Under the pieces are notes generated by a model. The model saw nothing but the letters and a program-made list of their open reading frames with translations, did not search any database and was not told where the DNA came from. A stretch of 64,000 bases of DNA from the NCBI GenBank assembly GCA_964016885.1, contig OZ024755.1:992001-1056000 (forward strand), written 5' to 3'. Numbering within the stretch: the first letter of the stretch is position 1; every line of letters starts with the position of its first letter. A program made the position numbers and the translations under genes. This document shows, piece after piece, positions 31,401-43,661 of this stretch. This DNA comes from Eledone cirrhosa (lineage: Eukaryota).

Positions 31401-34263
31401 ATTACTAAAATGACTCTAAAATCGTTAAAACGGGACATAAAGGACTAAAATGACACTAAAATTGCTAAAGCGGCATCATAAATGACTAAAATGATACTAA
31501 AATTGCTAAAACGGCATCATAAATGACTAAAATAACTCTAAAATGGCTAAAAATGGCTTCATAAATCACTAAAATGACTGTCAAATGGCTAAAACCGCAT
31601 CATCAATGACTAAGATCACTCTAAAAGGGCTAAAACAGCATCATAAATGAAGAAAATGACACAAAAATGGCTAAAACTGCATCATTAATGACAAAAATGG
31701 CTAAAACGGCATCATAAATGACTAAAATGACTCTAAAATGGCTAAAACAGGACCATAAATGACTAAAATAACTCTAAAATGACTAAAACGGCATCATAAA
31801 TGACTAAAAGGACTCTAAAATGGCTAAAACAGGACCATAAATGACCTAAAATAACTCTAAAATGACTAAAACGGCATCATAAATGACTAAAATGACACAA
31901 AAATGGCTAAAACGGCATCAGAAATGACGAAAATGTCTCTAAAACGGCTAAAACGGCATCATAAATGACTAATATGACTGTATAATGGCTAAAACGGCAT
32001 CCCAAATGACTAAAATGACACTAAAATGGCTAAAACGGCATCTAAAGTACTAAAATGAATCTAAACTGGCTAAAGCGGCATCATAAATGACTAAAATGAC
32101 TCTAAAATGGCTAAAACGGCATCATAAATTACTAAAATGGCTAAAACCGCATCATAAATGACTAAAATGACTCTAAAATGGCTAAAACGGCATCATAAAT
32201 GACTAAAATGGCTAAAACGGCATCATAAATGACTAAAATGACTCTAAAATGGCTAAAACGGCATCATAAATGAAGAAAATGACACAAAGATGGCTATAAT
32301 GCATCATGAATGACAAAAATGGCTAAAACGACATCATAAATTACTAACATGACACTAAAGTCTCTAAAACGGCATCATAAATGACTAAAATGACTCTAGA
32401 ATGGCTAAAAAGGCATCATAAATGACTAAAATGGCTAAAACGGCATCATAAATGACTGAAATGACACTAATACAGCTAAAACGGAATAATAAATTACTGA
32501 AATGACTCTAAAATAGCTAAAACTGCATCATAAATGACTAAATTGACTCAAAAATGGGTAAAACTGCATCATAAATGAAGAATATGACACTAAAATGGCT
32601 ACAACTGCATCATGAATGACAAAAATGGCTAAAACGGCATCATAAATAACTAAAATGACACTAAAATGGCTAAAATGGGATCATAAATGACTAAATTGAC
32701 TCTAGAATTACTTAAACGGCATCATAATTGACTAAGATGACTAAAACGGCGTCATAAATAACTGAAATGACTCTAGAATAACTATAACGGCATCATAAAT
32801 GACTAAAATGACTAGAAAATGGCTAAAACGGCATCATAAATGACCAAAATGGCTAAAACGGCATCACCAATGACTAAAATGACTCTAAAATGGCTAAAAC
32901 GGCATCATAAAGGACTAAAATGGCTAAAACGGCATCATCAATGAATAAAATCACTCTAAAATGGCTAAAACGGCATCATAAATTGCTAAAATGACTCTAA
33001 AATAGCTAAAACGGCATCATAAATGACTAAAATGATACTAAAATTGCTAAAACGGCATCATAAATGACTAAAATAACTCTAAAATGGCTAAAATGGCTTC
33101 ATAAATCACTAAAATGACTGTCAAATGGCTAAAACCGCATCATAAATGACTAAGATCACTCTAAAATGGCTAAAACAGCATCATAAATGAAGAAAATGAC
33201 ATAAAAATGGCTAAAACTGCATCATTAATGACAAAAATGGCTAAAACGGCATCATAAATGACTAAAATGACTCTAAAATGGCTAAAACAGGACCATAAAT
33301 GACTAAAATTACTCTAAAATGGCTAAAACTGCATCATAAATGACTAAAAGACACTAAAATAGCTAAAACGCCATCTTAAAGTACTAAAATGACTCTAAAA
33401 TGGCTAAAACGGTATCATAAATGACTAAAATGACTCAAAAATGGTTAAAACGGCATCATAAATGAAGAAAATGACACAAAAATGGCTAAAACTGCACCAT
33501 TAATGACAAAAATGGCTAAAACGGCATTATAAATGACTAAAATGAAAATAATATGACTAAAACGGCATCATAAATCACCAAAATGATACTCAAATGGCTA
33601 AAACGGCATCAGAAATGACTAAAATGACTCTAGAATGGCTAAAACGGCATCATAAATGACTAAAATAACTAAAATGGCATCATAAATGACTGAAATGACT
33701 CTAGAATGGCTATAATTGCATCATAAATGACTAAAATGACACTACAATAGCTAAAACGGCATCATGAATGACTAAAATGACTCTAAAATCCCTAAAACGG
33801 GACAATAAATGACTAAAATTACACTAAAATGACATAAGCGGCATATTAAATCACTAAAATTACACTAAAATGGCTAAAACTGCATCATAAATGACTAAAA
33901 GACACTAAAATAGCTAAAACGCCATCTTAAAGTACTAAAATGGCTCCAAAATGGCTAAAACGGTATCATAAATGACTAAAATGACTCTAAAATGGCTAAA
34001 ACGGCATCATAAATGACTAACATGACACTAAAGTCTCTATAACGGCATCAGAAATGACTAAAATGACTCTAGAATGGCTAAAAAGGCATCATAAATGACT
34101 AAAATGGCTAAAACGGCATCATAAATGACTAAAATAACTAAAACGGCATCATAAATGACTGAAATGACTCTAGAATGGCTATAATTGCATCATAAATGAC
34201 TAAAATGACACTACAATAGCTAAAACGGCATCATGAATGACTAAAATGACTCTATAATGGCTA
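16460..34263 (+). repeat. Satellite array, forward-orientation block with about 0.91-kb and 0.66-kb higher-order repeats
   Basis: The diagnostic variant CGGGACATAAAGG recurs at about 16492, 17402, 18269, 19844, 21681, 24909, 26847, 28417, 29328, 30237 and 31431. Confidence 0.96.
20620..20819. other. Assembly gap (200 N)
   Basis: Run of N inside the satellite. Confidence 1.
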
Positions 34264-34273
34264 ATGTATATAC

Positions 34274-34307
<34 letters not shown>

Positions 34308-34381
34308 GTATATATATATACATATATACATATATATATTATATATACATATATATATATGTATATATATACATATATATA

Positions 34382-34427
<46 letters not shown>

Positions 34428-34551
34428 TATATATATATATATACATAAGTAAGATGTATGGTAGGTCGTATGTGAATCGCGATGATCACGTCTGACCTAC
34501 CAAATATGTGACGGTAGCTAGTTAAGCTCTATGCGTATACGCAGAGCAGAA

Positions 34552-34893
34552 ATATTAGTGAAAAAGAACGAAGGAACTATTATGACATTATAACAAGTTT
34601 ATTGCCGACAGCCGTTTCGTCCGACCACATGGTGGGACTTATCAAGGCATATAACATGTGATTGTAAGATCATTATCTACATCAACGTATCACTCAAGGC
34701 TAGCAGTTTGAAATTGTGGTATATACCACAATTTCAAACTGCTAGCCTTGAGTGATACGTTGATGTAGATAATGATCTTACAATCACATGTTATATGCCT
34801 TGATAAGTCCCACCATGTGGTCGGACGAAACGGCTGTCGGCAATAAACTTGTTATAATGTCATAATAGTTCCTTTGTTCTTTTTCACTAATAT
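34552..34893. repeat. Near-perfect 342-bp palindrome with no spacer, each arm carrying a hammerhead motif
   Basis: Centred on GGTAT|ATACC at 34722/34723. The right arm runs into (TA)n. Confidence 0.95.
34796..34842 (+). ncRNA. Minimal type-I hammerhead ribozyme motif (U3-A8 variant; mirror copy at 34603-34649 on minus)
   Basis: Reads TGCC-TTGATAA-GTCC(CACCATGTGGTC)GGAC-GAAAC-GGCT-GTC-GGCA, followed by AATAAA. Confidence 0.8.
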
Positions 34894-34899
34894 ATATAC

Positions 34900-35000
<101 letters not shown>

Positions 35001-35079
35001 TATATACATATATATATACATATATATATATATACATACATACATATATATATATACATACATATATATATACATATAC

Positions 35080-35144
<65 letters not shown>

Positions 35145-35156
35145 CATATATATATG

Positions 35157-35218
<62 letters not shown>

Positions 35219-35219
<1 letters not shown>

Positions 35220-37482
35220 CATCATCATTATCATCATCATCGTTTAACGTCCATCTTCCATGCTTGTATGGGTTTGGACGGGAGTTTTCCCACTTGAGGC
35301 AAGATTGGTTGTCTTGCTCGTATAGGACTGTCTGACGGGTTTTCTACGGCTGGATGCCCTTCCTAACACCAACCACATCTTTTATGCATTTGGGACATAA
35401 CATGGAGTTTCTGCCTCCTCCTTTCCTACACACTGAGCATGGCCATTTCCCAGATGGGACCGGTGCCCTATTTTCCTTCCTACAAACTAGAACTTTAGTC
35501 TTAGACAAGTTAATTTTAAGGCCTTTTGATTCTAGGCCATGCTTCTATGTTTGGACTGGGAGGTTTTTACCGTGTTACCTACACGGCCACATTACAGCGT
35601 GGACTGTGTGTTTTTTTGTCGTGACACCTACACGACCTCATTTGTTTCGGACTGGATGTTGTGGTACCAACATAACTTCACACTGAAGGGGATGGTGTGG
35701 ATGGGGTGTATTTTTGTTAGAGGTGCCTACTGACTGTAGGTTTCGCTTTGTACTTAGGCAAGGCTGGTCTTCTGTATTACTGTGTAGCGCCAAAGATCTC
35801 GCTCCAGTGACATTGTCTTGGAGAGGTGTAAGTGTGTGAGGTCGGAATTTATCAAGTCGACCCAGGTTTTTCTGGGTCTGCCTACTTTGTGGCTACCGTC
35901 TATTTTTATCGCCCTGCACTTTTTTTATACAGCTGTCGTCTTTCATGCGCATTACGTGACCGTACCAACATCGTTTTCTCTTGAGTAAACAACATCTGAT
36001 CCCTCTTATTCCTAATTTCTCCCTTAGTTCGTTTATGCTTTGCCGTCCCAGGTTTTTCTGGGTCTGCCTACTCTGTGGCTACCGTCTATTTTTATCGCCC
36101 TGCACTTTTTTTATACAGCTGTCGTCTTTCATGAGCATCACGTGACCGTACCAACGTAGTCTTCTCTTGAGTAAACAACATCTGATCCCTCTTATTCCTA
36201 ATTTCTCCCTTAGTTCGTTTATGCTTTGCCATTCACATATATTACTATTACACATCCAGCGGAGCATGCAAGCTTCGTTTTTCTCCAGTTTGCGTATATT
36301 CTCTGCACACAATGCCCAGGTCTCACTGCCATGTAACATTGCTGTTCGTATGCAGGCATCATACAGCCTGCCTTTCATTTTTAGAGAGAAACCTTTAGCA
36401 GCCAATAGTGGTATAAGCTCTCTGAACTTTTTCCATCCCGTTCTGATGCTAGCTACTGTACTTTCATAGCACCCTCCACCACTGCTGAATTTGTCACCCA
36501 GGTAACGGAAGGTGTCCACTATTTCTATAGAACCATCTGTGCAATGGAATGAGCTAGTATTCTGTGGGCACTTGCTGCTACTTATTGCACCAGAGCACCG
36601 GCCACATATAAAATCTATATTCTTAGTTAGCTTACCTGTGATCCCACTACATCTTTTATGCACCCATACTTTGCATTTGGGACATAAAATGGAGTTTCTG
36701 CCTACTCCTTTCCTACACACTGAGCATGGCCATTTCCCAGATGGGACCGGTGCCCTATTTTCCTTCCTACAAACTAGAACTTTAGTCTTAGACAAGTTAA
36801 CTTTAAGGCCTTTTGATTCTAGGCCATGCTTCCATGTTTGGAATTTCTTCTCTAGTTCAGCCATTTATTCAGCTATGAGCGTTAGATCATCTGTATATAG
36901 GAGTTCCCATGGGCAGACGGTCTTGAACTCCTCTGTTATAGCCTGAAGGGCAATAATAAATAGTAGGGGGCTAAGAACGGAGCCCTGATGAACACCAACT
37001 TTTACGCTAAACTCTTCACTATATTCGTTGTTAATTCTAACCTTGCTGACTGTTTCTTTATACATGGCTTGTATAGCTCTCACAAGCCATTCATCAACAC
37101 CTTGTTTTCTAAGAGCCCACCAGATAATGGAGCGGGGTCTCTGTCAAAGGCTTTCTCCAAGTCAACAAAAGCTAAGTATAGGAGTTTACTTTTAGCTAGG
37201 TACTTCTCCTGTAGTTGTCGTACAATGAAAAGAGCGTCTGTGGTACTTTTACCTGACACAAACCCGAACTACATTTCATCTAGATCAATTCGTTCTCTGA
37301 TTAATTGTGCTATTACTTTTTCTGTGACCTTCATGACCTGGTCGATTAATTTAATGCCTCTATAGTTACCCCTATCTAGGGCATCTCCTTTACCCTTGTA
37401 GCAGTTAATGATGATGCTGCTACGCCAGTCCTTCGGAACAGCCCCATTCTGTATGACTTGGTTTACTATCCAGGTGACCATA
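35219..37482 (-). mobile_element. RTE/BovB-like LINE fragment (RT plus PHD-like finger), frameshifted and internally duplicated
   Basis: Encodes NYRGIKL, GVHQGSVLSPLLF, YTDD, CSVC..CPKC..H..C..CGRC, MLHGSETW and RRLRWYGH. The (ATG)n tail lies at 35219-35240. Confidence 0.93.
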
Positions 37483-37627
37483 TATATATTCATATATATA
37501 TATGTATATATGTATATATATATATACATATATACATATATATATATGTAACGAAGGAAATGTGGTAAGGAACCAGGTGGACCATAACGCACCAAAGTAC
37601 TCAGTACTTGAGGTAGTAGAGTGGGTA

Positions 37628-37744
37628 ATAGGAACCAGTAAGACCCCGACAGCTGAGCTCAAGCCGTTTCGACGGCTAATTCTGGACTTTAATTAGCCGT
37701 CGAAACGGCTTGAGCTCAGCTGTCGGGGTCTTACTGGTTCCTAT
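37628..37744. repeat. Inverted repeat (54-bp arms) containing the 3' half of a hammerhead motif
   Basis: Arms are 37628-37681 and 37691-37744. Reads GACGGCT...AGCCGTC-GAAAC-GGCT(TGAGCTC)AGCT-GTC-GGGGTC. Confidence 0.88.
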
Positions 37745-37800
37745 ATATATATGTATATATATACATATATATATATACATGTATATATACATACATATAT

Positions 37801-37846
<46 letters not shown>

Positions 37847-37986
37847 ATATATACATATACATCATCATCATCATCACCGTTTTACATCCGTTCTTCCATG
37901 CTAGCATGGGTTAGACGGGTTATCCTGTTGTGGGCAGTGTCTGGTCGGCTGACCATGCCTTGCTCATAAACTCATACATATATATA

Positions 37987-38045
<59 letters not shown>

Positions 38046-38202
38046 TGATATATATATGGATATATATATATATATAAACTAATATATATATGCATATATA
38101 TAGATATATATATATTATATATATATATAAATTTATATATATATGGAGATATATATAAATTTATATATATATGGAGATATATATAAATATAATTGTTTCT
38201 AT

Positions 38203-38372
38203 GTTAGGCACAAGGCCAGCAATTACCCAGTGCATTACTGGTACTTTATTTTATCGACCCCGTAAGGATGAAAGGCAAAGTCAACCTCGGCGGGATTTGA
38301 ACTCAGATCGTAAAGGGACGTAACTATACTAGAAAGCATGGCGTCCGACCCTCTACCGATACTGCCAATTCA
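38203..38372 (-). mobile_element. tRNA-derived SINE, family B
   Basis: Core GCCTTTCATCCTTACGGGGTCGATAAAATAAAGTACCAG on minus, with B box GAGTTCAAATC. Confidence 0.85.
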
Positions 38373-38589
38373 CAATATATGGAGATATATATAAATATAG
38401 ATATATACAGAGATATATATTAAAATATAGATATACATAGATGTGTGTGTGTGCGCTTGTGTATATACATAAATGAACATTTATGAATATTTATGTGTGT
38501 GTATATATATATCTATATATATATATATATATATATGAAAATGTATGACCCCGAAGGCTGAGCTCAAGCCGTTTCAACGGCTATTTCTG

Positions 38590-40452
38590 AACTGATTTTG
38601 GTTTGATTTCTACAGCTGGATGCCCTTCCTAACACCAACCACATCTACAGTGTGGGCTGGGTGCTTTTTTGCCGTGGCACCACCACGACCACCTTGCAGT
38701 GGGAAGGTGTGAGGGCATATTGTCTATATGCTTCAGCTTGTACCCATGGGCGGTTGGGTACTCTGTATTACTGTGTGACGCCAGAGGTCACGGTCGTGTG
38801 TCATCACTTTTGAGAGGTGTAATTGGGTAAGGTCGGCTTTTATCACCTCATCCTAGGTCTTCTTAGGTCTCCCCACTCCGCAGTTTCCATTGACTTCTAG
38901 TGCTCTGCACCTTTTTATGCAGCTGTCATCCTTCATACGCATCACATGTCCATACCAACACAACCGCCTCTCCTGCACACATCCTCTTATGCTCAGTCTC
39001 TCTCGCAATTCATTTATGCTTTGTCGTTCGCGTATATTACTATTACACATCCATCGGAGCATGCAGGCTTTGTTTCTTTCTAATCTACGTAAGTCTTCCA
39101 CCTTCAGCGCCCAGGTCTCACTACCATGTAACATTGCTGTTCAGATACACGCATCATAGTCTGCCTTTCATTTTGAGGGAGAAGGCTTCTGCAGCTAGCA
39201 GTGACAGTAGTTCCCTGAACTTCTTCCATCCTGTTCTTACCCTAGTTATTGTACTTTCTGAACACCCACCTCTGCTGCTCATTCGGTCACCTAGGTAGCA
39301 GAAGCTGTCTACTGTTTTTACAGAGCCCTCCCAGAGATTGGTGGTACTTGTTTCCTGTGGCTGTTTGCTGTCCCAGCACAGCTGCTGCATGTGAAGCCTA
39401 CATTCTTAATTAAGCATCCTGAGATCCCGCTACATCTCTTGTGTACCCATTGTTTGCATTTGGGACAGAGAATGGAGTTCCTACCTACACCTTTCCTACA
39501 TACTGAGCAAGGCCATTTCCCTGAGGGGATCTGGGTTCTGTTTTCTCGTCTACTTACAAGGACCTTAGTCTTTGTCATGTTGACTTTGAGACCCTTTCTT
39601 TCTAGTCCCTGCTCCCAAGTTTAGAATTTCTTCTCTAGTTCTACCATAGATTCAGCTATAAGTGCGAGGTCATCAGCATACAGGATTTCCCATGGGCATC
39701 CGGTCTTAAACTCCTCCGTTATTGCCTGCAGGACTATGATGAACAGGAGAGGGCTAAGAACAGAGCCCAGGTGGACACCAACCTGTACGCTAAATTCCTC
39801 GCTATACTCATTGCTAATCCTAACTTTGCTGGCTGCTCCCCTATACATGGCTTGTACAGCTTTAACAAGCCATTCATCTACTCCTAGTTTTCTAAGAGCC
39901 CACCAGATTACAGCACGTGGAACTCTGTCAACGGCTTTCTCGAGATCGACGAATGCCAGGTTGAGTGGCTTACTTTTAGCTTGGTACTTTTCCTGTAACT
40001 GCCTCACAAGGAAGAGGGCATCAGTGGTGCCTCTTCCTGGTACAAACCCAAATTGCATCTCATCTATTTTCACCCGGTCCCTAATCAACTGTGCTATAAC
40101 TCTTTCTGTTACTTTCATGACCTGGTCCATCAGCTTTATACCTCTATAGTTTCCTCTATCTAGTGCATCACCTTTACCTTTGTAGCAGTTGACAATGATA
40201 CTACTGCACCAATCTTTTGGTATGACACCTTCTAGTATTACCTGGTTAACAATACGTGTGGTTATAGTGTGACCTACAGACCCAGATGCCTTTAGCATCT
40301 CGGCAGCTATACCCGATGGACCGGTTGCCTTCCCCATCTTCATATCTTTGATTGCCTTACTTACTACGTTGCTGCTGACTTGTACTGCTGGACCCTCTAT
40401 AGGGTCTACTTGGGGTAGGGTCTCTTCTTCCCATGCATTCTCCTCATTTAGT
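38590..40452 (-). mobile_element. RTE/BovB-like LINE fragment (5'-truncated; RT plus PHD-like finger), pseudogenised
   Basis: The 292-aa ORF has QFGFVPGRGTTDA, FVDLEKAVDRV, GSVLSPLLF and YADD. Stops and frameshifts follow downstream. Confidence 0.94.
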
Positions 40453-40732
40453 AATATGTATATATATACATATATATATATGTATATAACCATGTCCATT
40501 ACGAGCTGAGGATCCGGTAAGGTGAACTAACTGTTGTGTAACCACTTCTACCAAACTCGTCCCATGGACTGAGTGCTCTACCACTACGGATATTACCTTT
40601 AATTAAAGTGTATAATTCCTGGCCGTTTCGTTAGACTAAAAAGAATATTCCATTCCTTTTGGAATAAACTCCTTAGAATCAATTAAACAATTAATATATA
40701 TACCTTATGTCTAAGAATTTCTTTGAAAAAGG

Positions 40733-40766
<34 letters not shown>

Positions 40767-40880
40767 CTTCATCGTTTAACGTCCATCTTCCATGCTAGCA
40801 TGGGTTAGAAAGTTTTGTTCCATTTGATGCGGAAATGGTTGGGAGACCATGTCTCACTTGCATGGAAGAGTCTCTGGCAG

Positions 40881-40930
<50 letters not shown>

Positions 40931-41312
40931 CAGTTCTGTGAAATGTCACAGAATAATCACAGGTAAAGTTTAATAAAAAATAAGATTGAAAGAAAATATC
41001 TTTATTTTTTTAACATAAAAAAAAACATTTATACAATATAAACAAATTTGGAATTAAATATTTTTATTTTCACCTGTACTATAACAGTTAGATAATGTTT
41101 ATATATTGTTGGTCTAACAATGAATTGTCTTAGAACAAGGATCCCCATGGCAACACCACACTTGATGGAATTCTTCAATTCTCAACAGGTATAAAAATTT
41201 CCTAAGTAAATAGATTAGCAAATAATATAAAATAAACAAACAATGACTATAAATATAATATATATATATATATATACACATATATATATAATGAAATAGT
41301 AAGTTAGAAGTT

Positions 41313-41358
<46 letters not shown>

Positions 41359-41439
41359 TCCCTTTTTCAAAGAAATTCTTAGACATAAGGTATATAAAAT
41401 AGTAAAATGATTCTTGGGATAATTGTTCAAATAGTTTCG

Positions 41440-41496
<57 letters not shown>

Positions 41497-41665
41497 GACT
41501 CTGTAGCTCGTTTAAATGTTCAACAAAATCCTAAATGATGACAGCCAACTACAAAAACCAACAACTTTCATCATCTGATCTTGTTGGAATTATTTCCTAC
41601 ATGGAGTTCTAACAATGGTATTGGCTCTACCACAGGCAGGTAGATACCAGTGTATATATGTATAT

Positions 41666-41713
<48 letters not shown>

Positions 41714-41918
41714 TATACAGGGTGTACATAAATCCCACATGCAATTTGTAAGTATACTTCATAGAAAGAATCTGCACATAGACTTTATAGACACATTGTA
41801 TATATGTATATATATATGTGTGAATGAAGTAATTCCGTCGGAAAGGTCCAGGAAAAAAGAGTGCTCTATGTAGGTTACAGAGCTTATTATTTATGTAATA
41901 AACAACATAAGATGATTA

Positions 41919-41978
41919 TTTCATTTACCAGTGGTTTCTTGAAAGCAAATAAATCTGCTTTCAGTCGTCAGAATGAAA
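41919..41978 (-). ncRNA. Type-I hammerhead ribozyme motif
   Basis: Minus strand reads TTTCATT-CTGACGA-C-TGAAAGCA(GATTTATT)TGCTTTCA-A-GAAAC-CACTG-GTA-AATGAAA. Stem I is 7 bp and stem II is 8 bp. Confidence 0.82.
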
Positions 41979-42246
41979 AAATCCTGGTGTTTTTATTGAA
42001 TGTGGATTTGAAAACAAAAATATTAGAAATATGAAAGTGAGGCTGAAGGAAGAAGAAAAAAAGATAATGAATATAAAAGTATTTAAACACACACACATAT
42101 ATACATATATAAATATACATACACATATCTATGTATATATATACACATGTATATACATACATACACATATGTATATACATATATATATATACACACATGT
42201 ATATACATACATATATATACATACACGTATGTATGTGTATATATAT

Positions 42247-42286
<40 letters not shown>

Positions 42287-42503
42287 TAGTCGATCGACTT
42301 TCGTCAAATCGGACCGAGGAAACTATGTTTCCGTTGGTCTTTCCAATTGCTAATACTATCTATCGGTCGCAACTCCAGGTAGAAGGAGCAACGTGAAATA
42401 AAGTGTCTTGCTCAAGGACATAACGCATCGCCTGGTTCAGGAATCGAACTCACAACCTCAGGATTGTGAATCCAATACTCTAACCACTCAGCCACACGCC
42501 TTC
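42287..42503 (-). mobile_element. SINE (family A variant with a different tail)
   Basis: tRNA head (TGGCTGAGTGG, GAGTTCGATTC) and CCTTGAGCAAGACACTT core. Confidence 0.8.
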
Positions 42504-42509
42504 ACTCTA

Positions 42510-42684
42510 TACTGTATATATATACATGTATATACATATATATACATGTATATATATATATATATATATACATGTATATACATATATATACATGTATATA
42601 TATATATATATATATACATGTATATACATACATATATATATACATGTATATACATACATATATATATACATGTATATACATACA

Positions 42685-42723
<39 letters not shown>

Positions 42724-42732
42724 ATACATACA

Positions 42733-42770
<38 letters not shown>

Positions 42771-43261
42771 CATATATATACATGTATGTATATATATATA
42801 TATATATATACATACATATATATACATGTATGTATATATATATATATATACATACATATATATACATGTATGTATATATATATATATATATATACATACA
42901 TATATATACATGTATATATATACATATATATATACATGTATATATATACATATATATATACACATGTATATATATACATATATATATACACATGTATATA
43001 TATACATATATATATACACATGTATATATATACATATATATACATGTATATACATACATATATATATACACATGTATATATATACATATATATATACACA
43101 TGTATATATATACATATATATACATGTATATACATACATATATATACATGTATATACATACATATATATACATGTATATATATATATATATATATACATG
43201 TATATATATATATATATATATACATATATATACATGTATATATATATATATATACATATAT

Positions 43262-43292
<31 letters not shown>

Positions 43293-43353
43293 CATATATA
43301 TATACATGTATGTATATATATATATATATATACATATATATATACATGTATGT

Positions 43354-43406
<53 letters not shown>

Positions 43407-43413
43407 CATATAT

Positions 43414-43444
<31 letters not shown>

Positions 43445-43549
43445 CATATATATACATGTATATATATATATATATATATACATATATATACATGTATATA
43501 TATATATATATATATACATATATATACATGTATATATATATATATATAT

Positions 43550-43625
<76 letters not shown>

Positions 43626-43661
43626 ATACATACATATATATATTATATATATATATTATAT
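42510..43661. repeat. (TA)n/CATG compound microsatellite
   Basis: Direct inspection. Confidence 0.97.

Noticed and set aside
9979-34263. Satellite as a CRISPR-like array or repetitive protein gene
   Set aside because: There are no unique spacers, stop codons are frequent, and the context is eukaryotic.
34526-34559. Helitron 3' end (hairpin followed by TTAG|T)
   Set aside because: The homologous hairpins at 4751 and 41863 lack a CTRR-like end and are instead linked to hammerheads.
41717-41750. Solo TACAGGGTGT mariner-like ends (similar at about 44588 and 60633)
   Set aside because: No partner terminal repeat or internal sequence could be matched, so no element was called.
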